Source: Candidatus Bathyarchaeota archaeon (GTDB lineage: Archaea; Thermoproteota; Bathyarchaeia; Bathyarchaeales; Bathycorpusculaceae). From it: 30,811 nt of DNA. Positions 16,995-27,827 of this stretch are shown in pieces; the stretch's first letter is position 1; every line of letters begins with the position of its first letter. A program made the position numbers and the translations under genes. The notes under the pieces are model-generated. The model did no database searches and was not told where the DNA came from. It saw only the letters and a list, made by a program, of their open reading frames with translations. The stretch covers positions 1 through 30,811 of the forward strand of contig CAVYHV010000018.1 in assembly GCA_963768425.1 (NCBI GenBank), given 5' to 3'.

Positions 16995-17857
16995 TAATTT
17001 TTCACCTTATTCTTTTTTAAACTGCTGTTGCTTTTGATAAATGTCCCCAAGTCAAGCTCCTTAAAAGCTGTGTTTAATTCTTCTTGAGTATTCATTACGA
17101 TAGGTCCTCTCCAGGCCACAGGCTCATTCAACGGTTTACCTGACACAAACAGAAAATGACTACCATTTGTTGAGCATATTTTTACTGAATCGCCTTTGCC
17201 AAAGACTACGCACTGTCCCTGCATTATGTTTTTGCCTTGAACCTCAACAGCGCCCTCGATGACATAAGAAAACACCGTATCATCCTTGGCTGTTGCATGT
17301 TCAAACGCTTTTCCTGGGGCTAACTCGATATCAAAATATTCTATGTCAATGGCTAAGTCACGAACTGGCCCCTGTATCCCATCCACCTTTCCTGCTATGA
17401 CTTTAATCTTCAGGCCATCTTTCTGGACCATCGGGATTTGTTCTTTTAGTATTCCTCGATATTTGGGGTCAACCATCTTTTTCTTTGCGGGCAAGTTTAC
17501 CCATAACTGAAAGCCCTGCATTAAACCAGAATATTTTTGGGGCATTTCCTGATGAATTATGCCGGATCCAGCAGTCATCCATTGTACATCACCAGATTTT
17601 ATCACGCCCTTATTACCCATGCTGTCGCCGTGTTCAACCTCGCCTGCCCACATGTAAGTTACCGTTTCCATTCCTCTATGAGGATGCCAAGGAAAACCTT
17701 TGATGTAATCTTCAGAATTATCTGATCCAAAGTGGTCTAAAAGCAAGAACGGGTCAAGTCTAGAGGCATCATTGTTTCCCAAAACTCTTTTTAACTTAAC
17801 TCCTGCACCCTCAAGAGTTAGCCTACGGTTCAAAATCTTTTGAATCTGTCTCTCCAA
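16994..17857 (-). CDS. Pirin-family cupin protein
   Basis: DPFLLLD, GFPWHPHRGMETVTY, WMTAGSGIIHQE, QLWVNLP, GPIVMNT. Confidence 0.95.
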   Translation of the reverse strand: MERQIQKILNRRLTLEGAGVKLKRVLGNNDASRLDPFLLLDHFGSDNSEDYIKGFPWHPHRGMETVTYMWAGEVEHGDSMGNKGVIKSGDVQWMTAGSGIIHQEMPQKYSGLMQGFQLWVNLPAKKKMVDPKYRGILKEQIPMVQKDGLKIKVIAGKVDGIQGPVRDLAIDIEYFDIELAPGKAFEHATAKDDTVFSYVIEGAVEVQGKNIMQGQCVVFGKGDSVKICSTNGSHFLFVSGKPLNEPVAWRGPIVMNTQEELNTAFKELDLGTFIKSNSSLKKNKVKN

Positions 17858-17916
17858 AAAAATCGCCTATAATATTTAATCGCTTTATAACATATATTTG
17901 TTATTCGGAAAAGCGT

Positions 17917-18859
17917 TTGCGGGGCGAGCCGGCGGAAGCATGCTTCGAGTTTCGTGCACTGCGAAAAGATGGCTCGATTATCTGGCTGAGCTCACTCGCA
18001 AATCGAGTGGACTACGATGGACAACCTGCGGTGCAGGGGATGTTCTTAGATGTTAATGAAAGCAAGAAGGCTGCGGAGATTCTTTATGAAAGCGAGCAGA
18101 GGTATCGAGAACTTGCGAATTGTTTGCCTGATATTGTTTTTGAAACTGACTTAAAGGGTCAATTGGAATTTGTTAATGAAAGGGCTTCTGAAATCTCGGG
18201 TTATTCTCTTGAAGAGATTGAAAGAGGGGTAAATATTTTCCAGTTCATTGTCCCTGAAGATAGAGACAGAGCAACAAAAACCATTCAGCGTTTACTTTCA
18301 GGAGGAAGCTATGTGCCTGCAGAGTATAAATTCATGCGGAAAGATGGCACAACTTTCCCCGCACTTATCACTGCAACGCCTCGTATTTCCGGAAATAAGA
18401 TGACAGGGCTCAGAGGGCTTGCAATAGACATTACTGAGCGCAAAAAAGCGGAGACGCTGATGAAAGAAGCTGCTGATGACTGGGTTAGAATTTTTAATGC
18501 AACGGATGATTTGTCTTTCGTTATGGATAAGGAAAATAGGATTGTCAAAGTTAACAAAAGAACCTGTGATTTTCTAAATAAGAAGCCAGAAGAATTGATA
18601 GGTAAACATTGCTACGAGGTTATGCACGGTACAGACAAGCCTTGGGTAAATTGTCCCTGTAAAGTGGCGCAGAAAACTGGACAGCCTGCTTCAAGTGAAG
18701 TAGACGACACCCATATCGGGACACCCTTGTTGGTCTCGGTCTCGCCAGTTTCAAATGAGAAAGGAGAGTTAGTTGAGTTTGTTCACATCGCAAGATCTCC
18801 CCAAGAGCAAAAAAGCAGAGGAACTGATCAAAAGTGATTCGAATTGCCAGTGCACTTGA
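17917..18859 (+). pseudogene. Tandem PAS/PAC sensor fragment without output domain
   Basis: RKDG..W and DITERKKAE PAC motifs; begins mid-PAS; final KKAEE out of frame near 18800; no kinase domain. Confidence 0.75.
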
Positions 18860-18901
18860 TTGTACCTGTATGCATATTATTCTATTGAAGGAGAAATTTG
18901 G

Positions 18902-19066
18902 ATGGCTTCAAAACGGGGAAAAACCAATTTCGCAATACCGATCAACGGAACCTTGGCAGAAAGCATTGAAAAACTAAATGGTGAATTACGAAGAGTCCTA
19001 TTAGAGGACATTAGGACAGCACTAGAACGTCGAGTGGTTGTTCTACTGAAAGCCAAACCTGATTAA
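18902..19066 (+). CDS. Small helical hypothetical protein (54 aa)
   Basis: AAGGAG upstream of ATG 18902; followed by a GC hairpin. Confidence 0.5.
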   Translation: MASKRGKTNFAIPINGTLAESIEKLNGELRRVLLEDIRTALERRVVVLLKAKPD

Positions 19067-19067
19067 C

Positions 19068-19086
19068 CGTCGCCCCAAGGGCGACG
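19068..19086 (+). terminator. GC-rich hairpin after stop codon
   Basis: CGTCGCCC-CAA-GGGCGACG, 8-bp perfect stem. Confidence 0.45.
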
Positions 19087-19605
19087 AGCCCCCCTTTCTT
19101 AGTATCCAACAACCTTTTTTATGACTAACCGCACTGGACAACTAAAGTTGTGCGAAAATGACAGGCTACCCATTTCCTGTAGAGTTCACTCCAAAAACGA
19201 GCCAAGTTTTTCACGGTCCGAAGACTTGAATGTATAATTGCACAAAGGAATTTACTAATATCGGTCATTCGCGGCTAAGTGAAACTGAGTTTTTGGACTA
19301 TATGGTGCGTCGCTCGGCAATGGGACTGTTTCGATGGATTGTCTCCCTTGGTTAAGTCACCCGCAAGCTCTCTCTTTTTTCTTAACTGTAAAGAAGGTCT
19401 ACACTTCAATCGTGAGAACAGAGGTAGAGGCTCGGAAAACACAGTTGAGCATTACATCGACGGCATCTCGCATTATGAAATTCTTTTCCTTTGATAGTGT
19501 ATACCCTGTCTGTTGAAGACTTTGACCTTTCATGTATTTGTGTGAAACCAAGTTAACCATTAAATATATCTAACAACTTCGTTTCTCTTATCTGAAGATG
19601 TAAAA

Positions 19606-20460
19606 ATGAAAGAATTTGAGAAAATTAGCCCAACTGCTAAACTTGTAGCTTATTCAAGAACGTTTACTGACATTCCCTTTGCTAAAGAGATTGCAATTAA
19701 AAGTAACGCTAAACAATCCTTCGAAGAACAGACTGGGGATATTCGAGGGTCTCCTATCTGGGAAGCACGATATAAAGTCACTGACAAAATAATCAAAGAA
19801 CATGGCATAACTCAAGTTTTAGAGATTGCCGCTGGACTGTCTCCTCGTGGTTTATCGATGACAAGAAATTCCGATGTCGTATATGTAGCAACTGATTTGC
19901 CTCAAATTCTGGAAGAAGAAAAGGAAATTGCTCAGTCAATTCTTGCTCAGTCAAATGAATCACGTCCGAATCTCCACTTTCAAGCAGTAAATGCTCTTGA
20001 CATGGAAAGTTTATCGAAGGCTGTTACTTTTTTCAAAAAAGACAAATCTCTTGCCGTTATCACCGAAGGACTTTTACCGTATTTTTCAATGGAAGAAAAA
20101 CAAACCTTAGCTAAAAACATCCATAAAATATTCAGTGAATATTCTGGCTGTTGGATTACCAACGAGGTTTATAGCAAGGACACACTAAAAAAAATTAGTA
20201 AATCAGCAGATGATTTTGCTAAAAATCGTATGAAACAGGATCAGTACAATATTTTATCCGGAAACAATGTTTTCTCCGATGATGATGAAATAAAAAGATT
20301 TTTTGAAAAGGAAGGGTTTGAAATTGAGAAATATTCTCATTTAAAAATTTTCGGAGAGTTAACGTCAGTGAAAAACTTGGGTCTTAGTGAAGAAGAGATA
20401 GTGAAAATAAAGCAAATTCTGAATATTAAAGATACACTAATTTTAACGCCATCTTACTGA
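19606..20460 (+). CDS. Class I SAM-dependent methyltransferase (LCM-like)
   Basis: SPTAKLVAYSR, QVLEIAAGLSPRG, TDLP, ITEGLLPY. Confidence 0.85.
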   Translation: MKEFEKISPTAKLVAYSRTFTDIPFAKEIAIKSNAKQSFEEQTGDIRGSPIWEARYKVTDKIIKEHGITQVLEIAAGLSPRGLSMTRNSDVVYVATDLPQILEEEKEIAQSILAQSNESRPNLHFQAVNALDMESLSKAVTFFKKDKSLAVITEGLLPYFSMEEKQTLAKNIHKIFSEYSGCWITNEVYSKDTLKKISKSADDFAKNRMKQDQYNILSGNNVFSDDDEIKRFFEKEGFEIEKYSHLKIFGELTSVKNLGLSEEEIVKIKQILNIKDTLILTPSY

Positions 20461-20629
20461 TAACTGGAGTCAAAATGCTTAGCATGGTTGAAGATTTTAA
20501 GAGTAGATTTAATCCGATTGATACCCGCACAAGATGACTGCAACTAACAAGTAGGATGTTAAGACAGCGTTTAGAGTTTCAGATATTATTGCTGTTGACA
20601 AGGATGCTACTAAGCTTAATCAGAGGGCT

Positions 20630-21157
20630 TCAGTCTATGTTGCCAGCTCTTACTTTCGAGACATACTCTGCTTGTATTCGAAGATAGCCACCTAAGCATA
20701 CAAAGAAGCCAACGCCGAGAAAAATAGTCTGTTCAAGCAAGCCTATTTCTTTTAATTGGTAAAAAGCCGCTGCAGAACTTATTACCAACAGCACCGCAAA
20801 CAAAGCCGTTATACCCTTCAAGATTGTTTCTGCATGTTCAATGAAGTCTGCAGCCTTCTTGTTTGCCTTTAAGTCTGCAACTTTTTCTACAGTTTGTACG
20901 CTAAGCAAAGCATCTTTTCCTTGGTCAGAAAGACAGTATTTGCCGTACTCGTCTGTTTTTACCAAGCCGTTAAGTTTATTTAAGTGATGAAGAAGGTGCC
21001 CACTACTTTCGATTCCAGTTTTCTTTTTTAATTCAGCAAAACCAGCAGGTCCTTCACTTAAAGCTTTCAAGATAACTATGCGTGTGGGGTGCCCTAATGC
21101 ATCAAAAACTTCTGCTTGTTGAATGTCTTTTTGAGCAGCATGTTCATCGTTTGACAA
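20630..21157 (-). CDS. ArsR-like winged-helix regulator with two C-terminal TM helices
   Basis: FDALGHPTRIVILKAL, FAELKK, LLHHLNKL, YCLSDQG; two hydrophobic segments. Confidence 0.85.
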   Translation of the reverse strand: MSNDEHAAQKDIQQAEVFDALGHPTRIVILKALSEGPAGFAELKKKTGIESSGHLLHHLNKLNGLVKTDEYGKYCLSDQGKDALLSVQTVEKVADLKANKKAADFIEHAETILKGITALFAVLLVISSAAAFYQLKEIGLLEQTIFLGVGFFVCLGGYLRIQAEYVSKVRAGNID

Positions 21158-21482
21158 TGGATGACCTCACTGTAGCTTAGTGACATTTTCTTATTTAATC
21201 CTCGTTTGTAGACCAAGGACCAAAACCGAGTTGAACCCCACGGGGCGAATATGTACTATCCAACTTTTTTCCTTTGCGTAACTCGCCCTTATCAACTATG
21301 CGAGAGGGCAAACGAAGGCTAGATTCAGCATCAAGCAAGTTTGAATATTTGAGTATCCCGCAATTCTTAAATGGACAGTTGTTCCAGATTGGCGGAGAGA
21401 GGACAAAGAGTCATTACAACTTGAGGGAGCGAGTACGGCTGAAAAGAAAGCTGATGACATTGAACACTTCAACCATTGGTCC

Positions 21483-22028
21483 TTGACTTATGAGAATTCG
21501 TGGGGGCAGTGGCTTCTTTTTGACCGATTGCAGAGGCGTGTACTTAACATGGCTGAAAAAGGACAGCCCCCTAATACGGTTTTAGACGTCGGGTGCGGGA
21601 CTGGGCGATTGCTCCGAAAAGCCAGAAAATACTGGCCCGAAGCGCAGCTGATTGGCGTTGATCCAGCAGATGGTATGATAGAGAATGCCCGTCGATTAAC
21701 GCCTTATGCAAAATTCTACGTTAGCCAAGCTGAATCGCTCCCTTTGCCTGACGAATCAGTTAATCTCGCTTTCAGCACGGCTTCTTTTCACCACTGGCAA
21801 GATCAAGAGAAAGGTCTAAGAGAAATAAAACGTGTTTTGCAAATAGGCGGTCTGTTTTTTCTCGCCGATTTTTGGCTACCGCTGGGATTATCCAAGATCA
21901 TCCGTCATTTTCAAACCAACAATCCTAGTGCAATAAGGGAAGCTTTTAGGCGTGCGGGCTTTCGGGCTCAAGATCAAAGAAGACTGTGGACACTGTGGCA
22001 AGTCGTAACAGTCGGAGAACGCCGTTGA
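21483..22028 (+). CDS. Class I SAM-dependent methyltransferase (UbiE/Methyltransf_11-like)
   Basis: VLDVGCGTG, AESLPLPD, SFHHW, EIKRVL; the frame is open upstream of 21483, so the start is uncertain. Confidence 0.85.
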   Translation: MTYENSWGQWLLFDRLQRRVLNMAEKGQPPNTVLDVGCGTGRLLRKARKYWPEAQLIGVDPADGMIENARRLTPYAKFYVSQAESLPLPDESVNLAFSTASFHHWQDQEKGLREIKRVLQIGGLFFLADFWLPLGLSKIIRHFQTNNPSAIREAFRRAGFRAQDQRRLWTLWQVVTVGERR

Positions 22029-22206
22029 GGAATATTATCCAAAATCATGTCTGCTTTCCATTGAAACATCGGTAGAAACAGAATTTGAGCAATCTTGTTT
22101 TGAGGTCGAAATTCTGCCTGACTTTTTTGATGATCCTAACTAAGGTTTATGGCTCATGATTGAAAATTCACAATACTTATAGTTATTGCACTTGCCAGTC
22201 TAATCC

Positions 22207-23178
22207 ATGAGTATTGACATTACCATTGCTGAATCTACGGATATTGTGAAAGAAAATATGAATGATAATGTCATTTATTTTCAAGACGTCGACTGCAGGA
22301 TTTCAGGCAAAGACATTCTTAGAGGAATTACACTAAACGTCCGTCGCGGAGAAATTATGGGTCTCCTGGGAAAAAACGGCGCTGGAAAGACGACATTTCT
22401 CTCCCTCATATCTGGGTTACGAAGCCATACTTCAGGAGAGATCAATGTGCTAGGCGAAAAAATGCCTACACATACAGCTGAGTTTCGAAGGAGAATGGGT
22501 TTTGTTCTTCAAGACAACGCGCTTTACGAAGAATTAACCGTCTTTGAAAACCTGAAATTCTCAGCTAGCCTCTACGACGTGCAAGATTCGCGCAAGAGGA
22601 TTCTTGAAGTCCTTGAAATTCTCGGCCTCTCAGACCGGCGCGACCAAGTCGTGAACACTCTTTCAGGAGGCCTCAAGAGGCGCACTGCGATTGCACGCGC
22701 TTTCCTTCACGACCCAGAGCTGTTCATAATTGACGAACCCACACTTGGGGTTGATGTCGACACGCGTCATGCGCTTTGGGCCTACCTTCGCCTTCTCAGA
22801 TCAAAGGACAAAACGGTCATTGTTGCGACCAATTATCTCGACGAGGCCCTAGCTTTATGCGATCGCGTTGCAGTTTTGGGAGAGGGCGCATTATTGGAGG
22901 TTGCGGAGCCCCGCGAACTCGTGAGGCGTACAGGCAGCTGCATCGACATTGAATGCGACCAGCAAACAGCCAAAAAAATCGCCTCAGAAGTTCTCAATCT
23001 CCAGCAGGTAACCCGCACAGACTTAACTTTAAGCGGCATTTCATTATTCCTAGACAAAGGGGCCAACCCTGATAAGGTCTTAAGCGAATTTGCAAAGTAC
23101 GGCAGCATCGACGGATTCTGTTTTCGCGCACCCGATCTTTCGGAAGTATTCAAATCGCTCGGAAACCGCCACCCATGA
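22207..23178 (+). CDS. ABC-2 (DrrA-like) exporter ATP-binding protein
   Basis: GKNGAGKT, LSGG, IIDEPT. Confidence 0.93.
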   Translation: MSIDITIAESTDIVKENMNDNVIYFQDVDCRISGKDILRGITLNVRRGEIMGLLGKNGAGKTTFLSLISGLRSHTSGEINVLGEKMPTHTAEFRRRMGFVLQDNALYEELTVFENLKFSASLYDVQDSRKRILEVLEILGLSDRRDQVVNTLSGGLKRRTAIARAFLHDPELFIIDEPTLGVDVDTRHALWAYLRLLRSKDKTVIVATNYLDEALALCDRVAVLGEGALLEVAEPRELVRRTGSCIDIECDQQTAKKIASEVLNLQQVTRTDLTLSGISLFLDKGANPDKVLSEFAKYGSIDGFCFRAPDLSEVFKSLGNRHP

Positions 23179-24278
23179 GAAAGAACCTGCGAGCATTGCT
23201 AGGCGGAATGAATGCCGAATTAAACAGGATGCGGAGGTCCCGCCTGCTTATTGCAATTGTTGTAGTTCAATCAGTGACGTTTCTTATTCTCGTAACGCTT
23301 TTCGGCATGACCGGCGCTTACGCTCCAACCGCGCTGGTAAATTACGACAACGGTCCGCTTGCACAGCAGTTCATTCACAGCCTTGAAAACGACCACCACT
23401 CATTCGCCTTAATATTCATGAATAATGAGACGGCTGCGAAGCAATTGGTTGAGCAGGGTGTCATCGTGGCAATGATCGTTATTCCACAAGGGTTTTCACA
23501 GAGCATCAGTGAAGGAAAAACAGTGCCCGTTACTGTTTTTATCGACAACATTAACACTGACATGACAGATGACATCCAACGCGCGATGCCTGCAGCCGTT
23601 ATGAGTTTTGGCGATGCGCTCAAGTTTGAAGGCGTGAACGTGAGTGTGGCCGAGACAGACTCGTACACCCATGATACGAGCTTCATCGACTATATGATTG
23701 CAAGCGCTTTAGTCTTAGATGCCCTCATAATCGCGGGTACTTTAAGCGCGCTCTCGGTTGCAGAGGAGTTTGAGTCGAAAACTGCCAGGCTTCTTGCGAT
23801 TTCGCCCGTTCATCCACTTATTCCCATGATGGGCAGGGTCGTAGTAACTGCCTTGGTTTCGGCGGGGGCTTTGGCAATAACCGTCATTGTGGCCCTCGTT
23901 AGCTACGGTATTTCACCCGTTCAACCTCTCGAAATGGTGTTAACCCTACTGTTTTGCGTTGCCATTTTCAGTTGTTTAGGTGCCGCACTTGGTGCAATCA
24001 TGAAAAGGACGCTTCCGGTGGCTCTGTTTGTTCTCGGGAGTGCCCTTCCTTTGTTTCTTTTCAGTGGTTCATACGAGCCGCAACGGTTCGATGGGAACCT
24101 CATTTGGGTGGCGGCGCACTTTTCTCCGGAATATTATGCAGTGGGTTTGATGGAAAACGCCGTTTTCAATTTGAAGGTCACGCCTGAGCCGCTCGGCCTG
24201 CTTGCCCTTGCGTTGGTTGGGTGGGGAATCGGGGCGTTGGCTTTAGCGTGGTTTTTCTCCAGAAGAGGATTTTCATGA
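23175..24278 (+). CDS. ABC-2 exporter permease
   Basis: 1+5 TM layout, VIPQGFS, EEFESKT..LAISP; ATGA overlap with the ATPase. Confidence 0.88.
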   Translation: MRKNLRALLGGMNAELNRMRRSRLLIAIVVVQSVTFLILVTLFGMTGAYAPTALVNYDNGPLAQQFIHSLENDHHSFALIFMNNETAAKQLVEQGVIVAMIVIPQGFSQSISEGKTVPVTVFIDNINTDMTDDIQRAMPAAVMSFGDALKFEGVNVSVAETDSYTHDTSFIDYMIASALVLDALIIAGTLSALSVAEEFESKTARLLAISPVHPLIPMMGRVVVTALVSAGALAITVIVALVSYGISPVQPLEMVLTLLFCVAIFSCLGAALGAIMKRTLPVALFVLGSALPLFLFSGSYEPQRFDGNLIWVAAHFSPEYYAVGLMENAVFNLKVTPEPLGLLALALVGWGIGALALAWFFSRRGFS

Positions 24279-25399
24279 AAAAAAATTCGATCTGGACAAT
24301 CGCGTTGCATGACCTTAAGAGGTGGAGGAAAATGCCTCTAACCGCAGCTTGCGCGCTTATCCCACCGATTGCCATGATGCTAGTCCTTGTATCGTTGAGT
24401 CTAGCGGTTACTCAGCAGCCTGTTGCCTTGGTTGTCCAAGGGAATGGTCCGGCGTCGGTGCAAATGGCTCAAATTATCAAATCAGACACTGAGGCATATG
24501 ATCTGACGATAACGAATGCGGCTACTGCAAACAGCATGCTTCAGGACGAAAAGGTCGCCGGCGTCATTACCATCCCGTTTACGTTCGATCAGCAGGTGGC
24601 AAATGGTACTGGAAAGGTGCTTCTGACGATTAACAACGTCGACTTTGATTTTTCTGACGACATTCGCAGAAGTGTGGATCGGTCGGTTGTGGAATTCGAT
24701 GCTCAAGGTCTCGTGTCGGACGAATTGATAAATTCGTCGTTGCCCAACGTGTATCATGTAGCCCTAGACGAGCAATATGTTAGGGAGACTAACGTGGACT
24801 GGTTCCACTATCAGTTAGTTCCCACTTTCCTGCTTTTAGTACTTAATGTTGGTCTAGTCGGGACTGCCCTTTTGTGCGCGCTGGATACTGAAAGCAAGAC
24901 AGCTCGTATGCTAGCCCTATCGCCGCAACGCTCCTGGGTGCTAATTTCTGGACGCATTCTAGGAGGCGTTCTTGCGTGTTTTGCAATCGTTCTTCCAGCA
25001 GTATTGATTGGAGTTCTATTCGGTTTTATCAGCCCGCCAATTGCACAGTTACCGGCGTTGTTTGGGATATTTTTAGGAACGGCATTGTGCGCATCCGGTA
25101 TCGGCGCAATAATAGGAACTTGCGTGAAAGGCTCAAGATATGTTGCGTTTCTCTCTTCGATGACAGCCATTTACCTGTTCCTCCTTGGCGGGGGCTTCAC
25201 CGCGATCGAGTTTGTTCCTCATTGGCTTCAGGGTGTAAGCGCGTTCATCCCGACGCGGTACTCGATCGACGCGTTGCGGCAAGCCTTGTTCTACCTTAAC
25301 CCCACTGGGCTTCCATATTCGCTACTGGTTCTTGCGCTTTACGCTATCGCCTGCGTTGGAGTCGGCGCACTCCTTATGAGGCGCTCTTGGAATACGTAA
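24275..25399 (+). CDS. ABC-2 exporter permease
   Basis: ATGA overlap at 24275; DTESKT..ALSP, PTRYSIDALR. Confidence 0.88.
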   Translation: MKKNSIWTIALHDLKRWRKMPLTAACALIPPIAMMLVLVSLSLAVTQQPVALVVQGNGPASVQMAQIIKSDTEAYDLTITNAATANSMLQDEKVAGVITIPFTFDQQVANGTGKVLLTINNVDFDFSDDIRRSVDRSVVEFDAQGLVSDELINSSLPNVYHVALDEQYVRETNVDWFHYQLVPTFLLLVLNVGLVGTALLCALDTESKTARMLALSPQRSWVLISGRILGGVLACFAIVLPAVLIGVLFGFISPPIAQLPALFGIFLGTALCASGIGAIIGTCVKGSRYVAFLSSMTAIYLFLLGGGFTAIEFVPHWLQGVSAFIPTRYSIDALRQALFYLNPTGLPYSLLVLALYAIACVGVGALLMRRSWNT

Positions 25400-25501
25400 A
25401 TGATCTTTCGCCACATAAAAATGGCGAAAAGAGGAATGAAAACAGCATAAAACGCTCCTTCAGACTGTCGTATCCTTTTGGCAGCACTAGCTTAATGTTA
25501 T

Positions 25502-25519
25502 TGGCGGGCCCGCTGGGAT
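25502..25519 (-). other. tRNA 3'-end fragment (Arg-like), candidate att-site scar
   Basis: Minus strand ATCCCAGCGGGCCCGCCA = T-stem 3' half + acceptor 3' strand + CCA; no 5' part adjacent. Confidence 0.6.
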
Positions 25520-25798
25520 GCACTTAATGTTTTAAGCGAAGAGCGGAATCTTCGGCTTCACATTCCTTGTCCTGTGCTTCAAAAATAGAGTCTAACATCT
25601 TTTCAGTATCTATGTTTATGATAATTTGAAAATATTGGGTACACTATGCATATTAATCTCCAAAGTATTAACATAATAATGGCAAAACAGTAAATTCGTC
25701 TGATTTGCGTAAGTCGAATATACTGTTTTTCTAGCAAAATTGTTGCATAGACGACTCCATAGAGACGATTCTATGCATGTTGAAAAGGATGTTAAAAA

Positions 25799-26590
25799 AT
25801 GAGCAAAAAAGAAGTAACTAAAGTACAGACCCGTTTAGCTGACAAATGTCCAGAGTGTGGTAGCGACAACTTGGTTCACGATTATGACACGGGCGAAACT
25901 GTGTGCGGAGACTGCGGATTAGTTCTCTACGAGCAAATGATGGATAAAGGGCCAGAATGGCGAGCGTTTACCCAAGAGGAGAAGGCTTCGAGAAGCCGTG
26001 TTGGAGTACCCACATCCTACTCTGTTCATGACAAAGGATTATCCACGGCCATTAGCCAAGTTGACCGAGATGCGTTTGGGAGAAAACTGCCCTTGGCGAC
26101 GAGGTTGCAGATGTGGCGTCTTAGGAAATGGCAAATACGAAGCCGAGTGCACTCATCTATCGACCGAAACCTGGCTCAAGCCATGGCGGAACTCGATAGG
26201 CTTTCAGACAAAGTCTACATTTCACCACCAGTCAAGGAAAAAGCCGCCGTTGTTTATCGAAAAGCCTTAGACAAAGGTCTTGTCCGCGGAAGATCAATTG
26301 CCGCTATCGCTGCTGCTTCGCTTTATGCTGCTTGCCGTGGAAGCGGAACACCACGCACATTGCGAGAAATTGCCGAAGCCAGCCTCGTCGACAAGAAAGA
26401 CGTTTCGAGATGCTATAGACTATTATTGTGTCAGCTTGACTTGCACATGCCTATCGCTGACCCACTCACGCCCCAAGTGGTGGTATCACCTTCAAGTTTT
26501 CTCTCAGCAAACGCACACCCTCTTTTTCCCCAAAACCGACGAGTTAGCTCATTTAAACGGGTTAAAGTAAAGAAAAAAAGTTGTTTTTGA
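25799..26590 (+). pseudogene. tfb: Transcription initiation factor TFB, truncated after the first cyclin repeat
   Basis: CPECG..CGDCG Zn ribbon, GPEWRAF B-reader, LVRGRSI, PRTLREIA; homology stops at PIADPLT (~26469). Confidence 0.88.
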
Positions 26591-26593
26591 TGG

Positions 26594-27827
26594 CTATTCA
26601 TATCGTAATGCGTCTACGACCTTAAGTTTCGATGCTCTCCAGGCTGGCCACATAGCAAATAGTATACTTACGCCGATGCCGAAAGCTAAAGATAGTATTA
26701 CTACTTCAGGCGTAAGAATCGGCATATTCTTGACTCCAATACCGTTTACCTTGACCAAGCTGCTTCTATTGTTTACTAGCTGCGTCAACGTTTGCTATAC
26801 CCCAGCCTAACCCTATGCCCACTACCGAACCGACCACGCCAATTAAGGCTGATTCACAGAGGAAAGTGCTCAGGACTGTTCTGCTTTTCATTCCCAGCGC
26901 TTTCAGGATGCCGATTTCTCGTGTGCGTTCAACCATCGAGACAATCATAATGTTCATAATGCTTACGCCCGCTACAAGCAGAGAGATGGCAGCAATCCCA
27001 ACTATGAACGCAGAGACAGTTGAGATAGCCGACGTTATAGTGTTAATAATCGCTGTTGCAGATTCTACGTTGACTTGCCCGTCAAAGTAGTTACTAATAG
27101 CGTTAGATACAGTGGTAACTGTGCCGTTGTTGCTGCTTTTTAGCTGTACAATTATTTCTGAAAGCTGATCTGTTCCAAAATAGGCTTGTGCTTGTTTTAT
27201 GGGTATGTAGACACCTGTGTCAGATGGGCCGCCTATGCTGAGTCCGCCAATTGGACCGAGAACGGCTGTTACGTTGCCCATGTAAGTCTCGTTAGCAATT
27301 GGTACTTGGGTAGTGACCCTTAACTGGTCGCCTGCATTTACAAATATCGTTCCGTTGGAGTTTAGATTGCTGATTTTTGCGCCGACTATGATCGCATTAT
27401 CGGGTGGGTTGAGAGGGATTGTTCCAGTGGCAGATGCAAAAGTGGTCAGGAAGGCTTGTTCAGTCGCCGTGAAGTTAATGCCTATTAGGGTAACCTTCAT
27501 CGTGGATCCTGAGCTGTTGGTTAAGTACCCAGTTTGTTGTATAACTGGTATAGTTGCGGCGATGTCTTGTGATATTGACGGAATTTCCATAATTTGGTCG
27601 GTGTAGTTGGCGTAGAGCGGCGTGTTTTGCCCAGTAACAACCAACGTATTAGCGGACAGCCCTTGTTGAAAACTGCTTGTTAAGCTGGCTGATAAGCCTT
27701 GAGTGAGCGATAGTAGCGCCACGATAGCTGCTATGCCGATAATGATTCCAAGCGCAGTTAAACCGGCGCGAAGTTTACGCAGTTTAATGGCGCTAAATGA
27801 ATATCCGAAAATATCTCTTGTTTTCAA
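26594..27827 (-). pseudogene. MacB/FtsX-family ABC permease with frameshift near 26790
   Basis: LRAGLTALGIIIGIAA, MVERTREIGILKALG; C-terminal PAWRASKLKVVDALRYE is in another frame. Confidence 0.85.

Noticed and set aside
19100-19560. Short ORFs 19279-19494 and 19334-19516
   Set aside because: No motif, RBS or coding-like composition
21222-21246. GGGGTTCAACTC on the minus strand resembling a tRNA T-loop
   Set aside because: The T-stem does not close and there is no acceptor/CCA end
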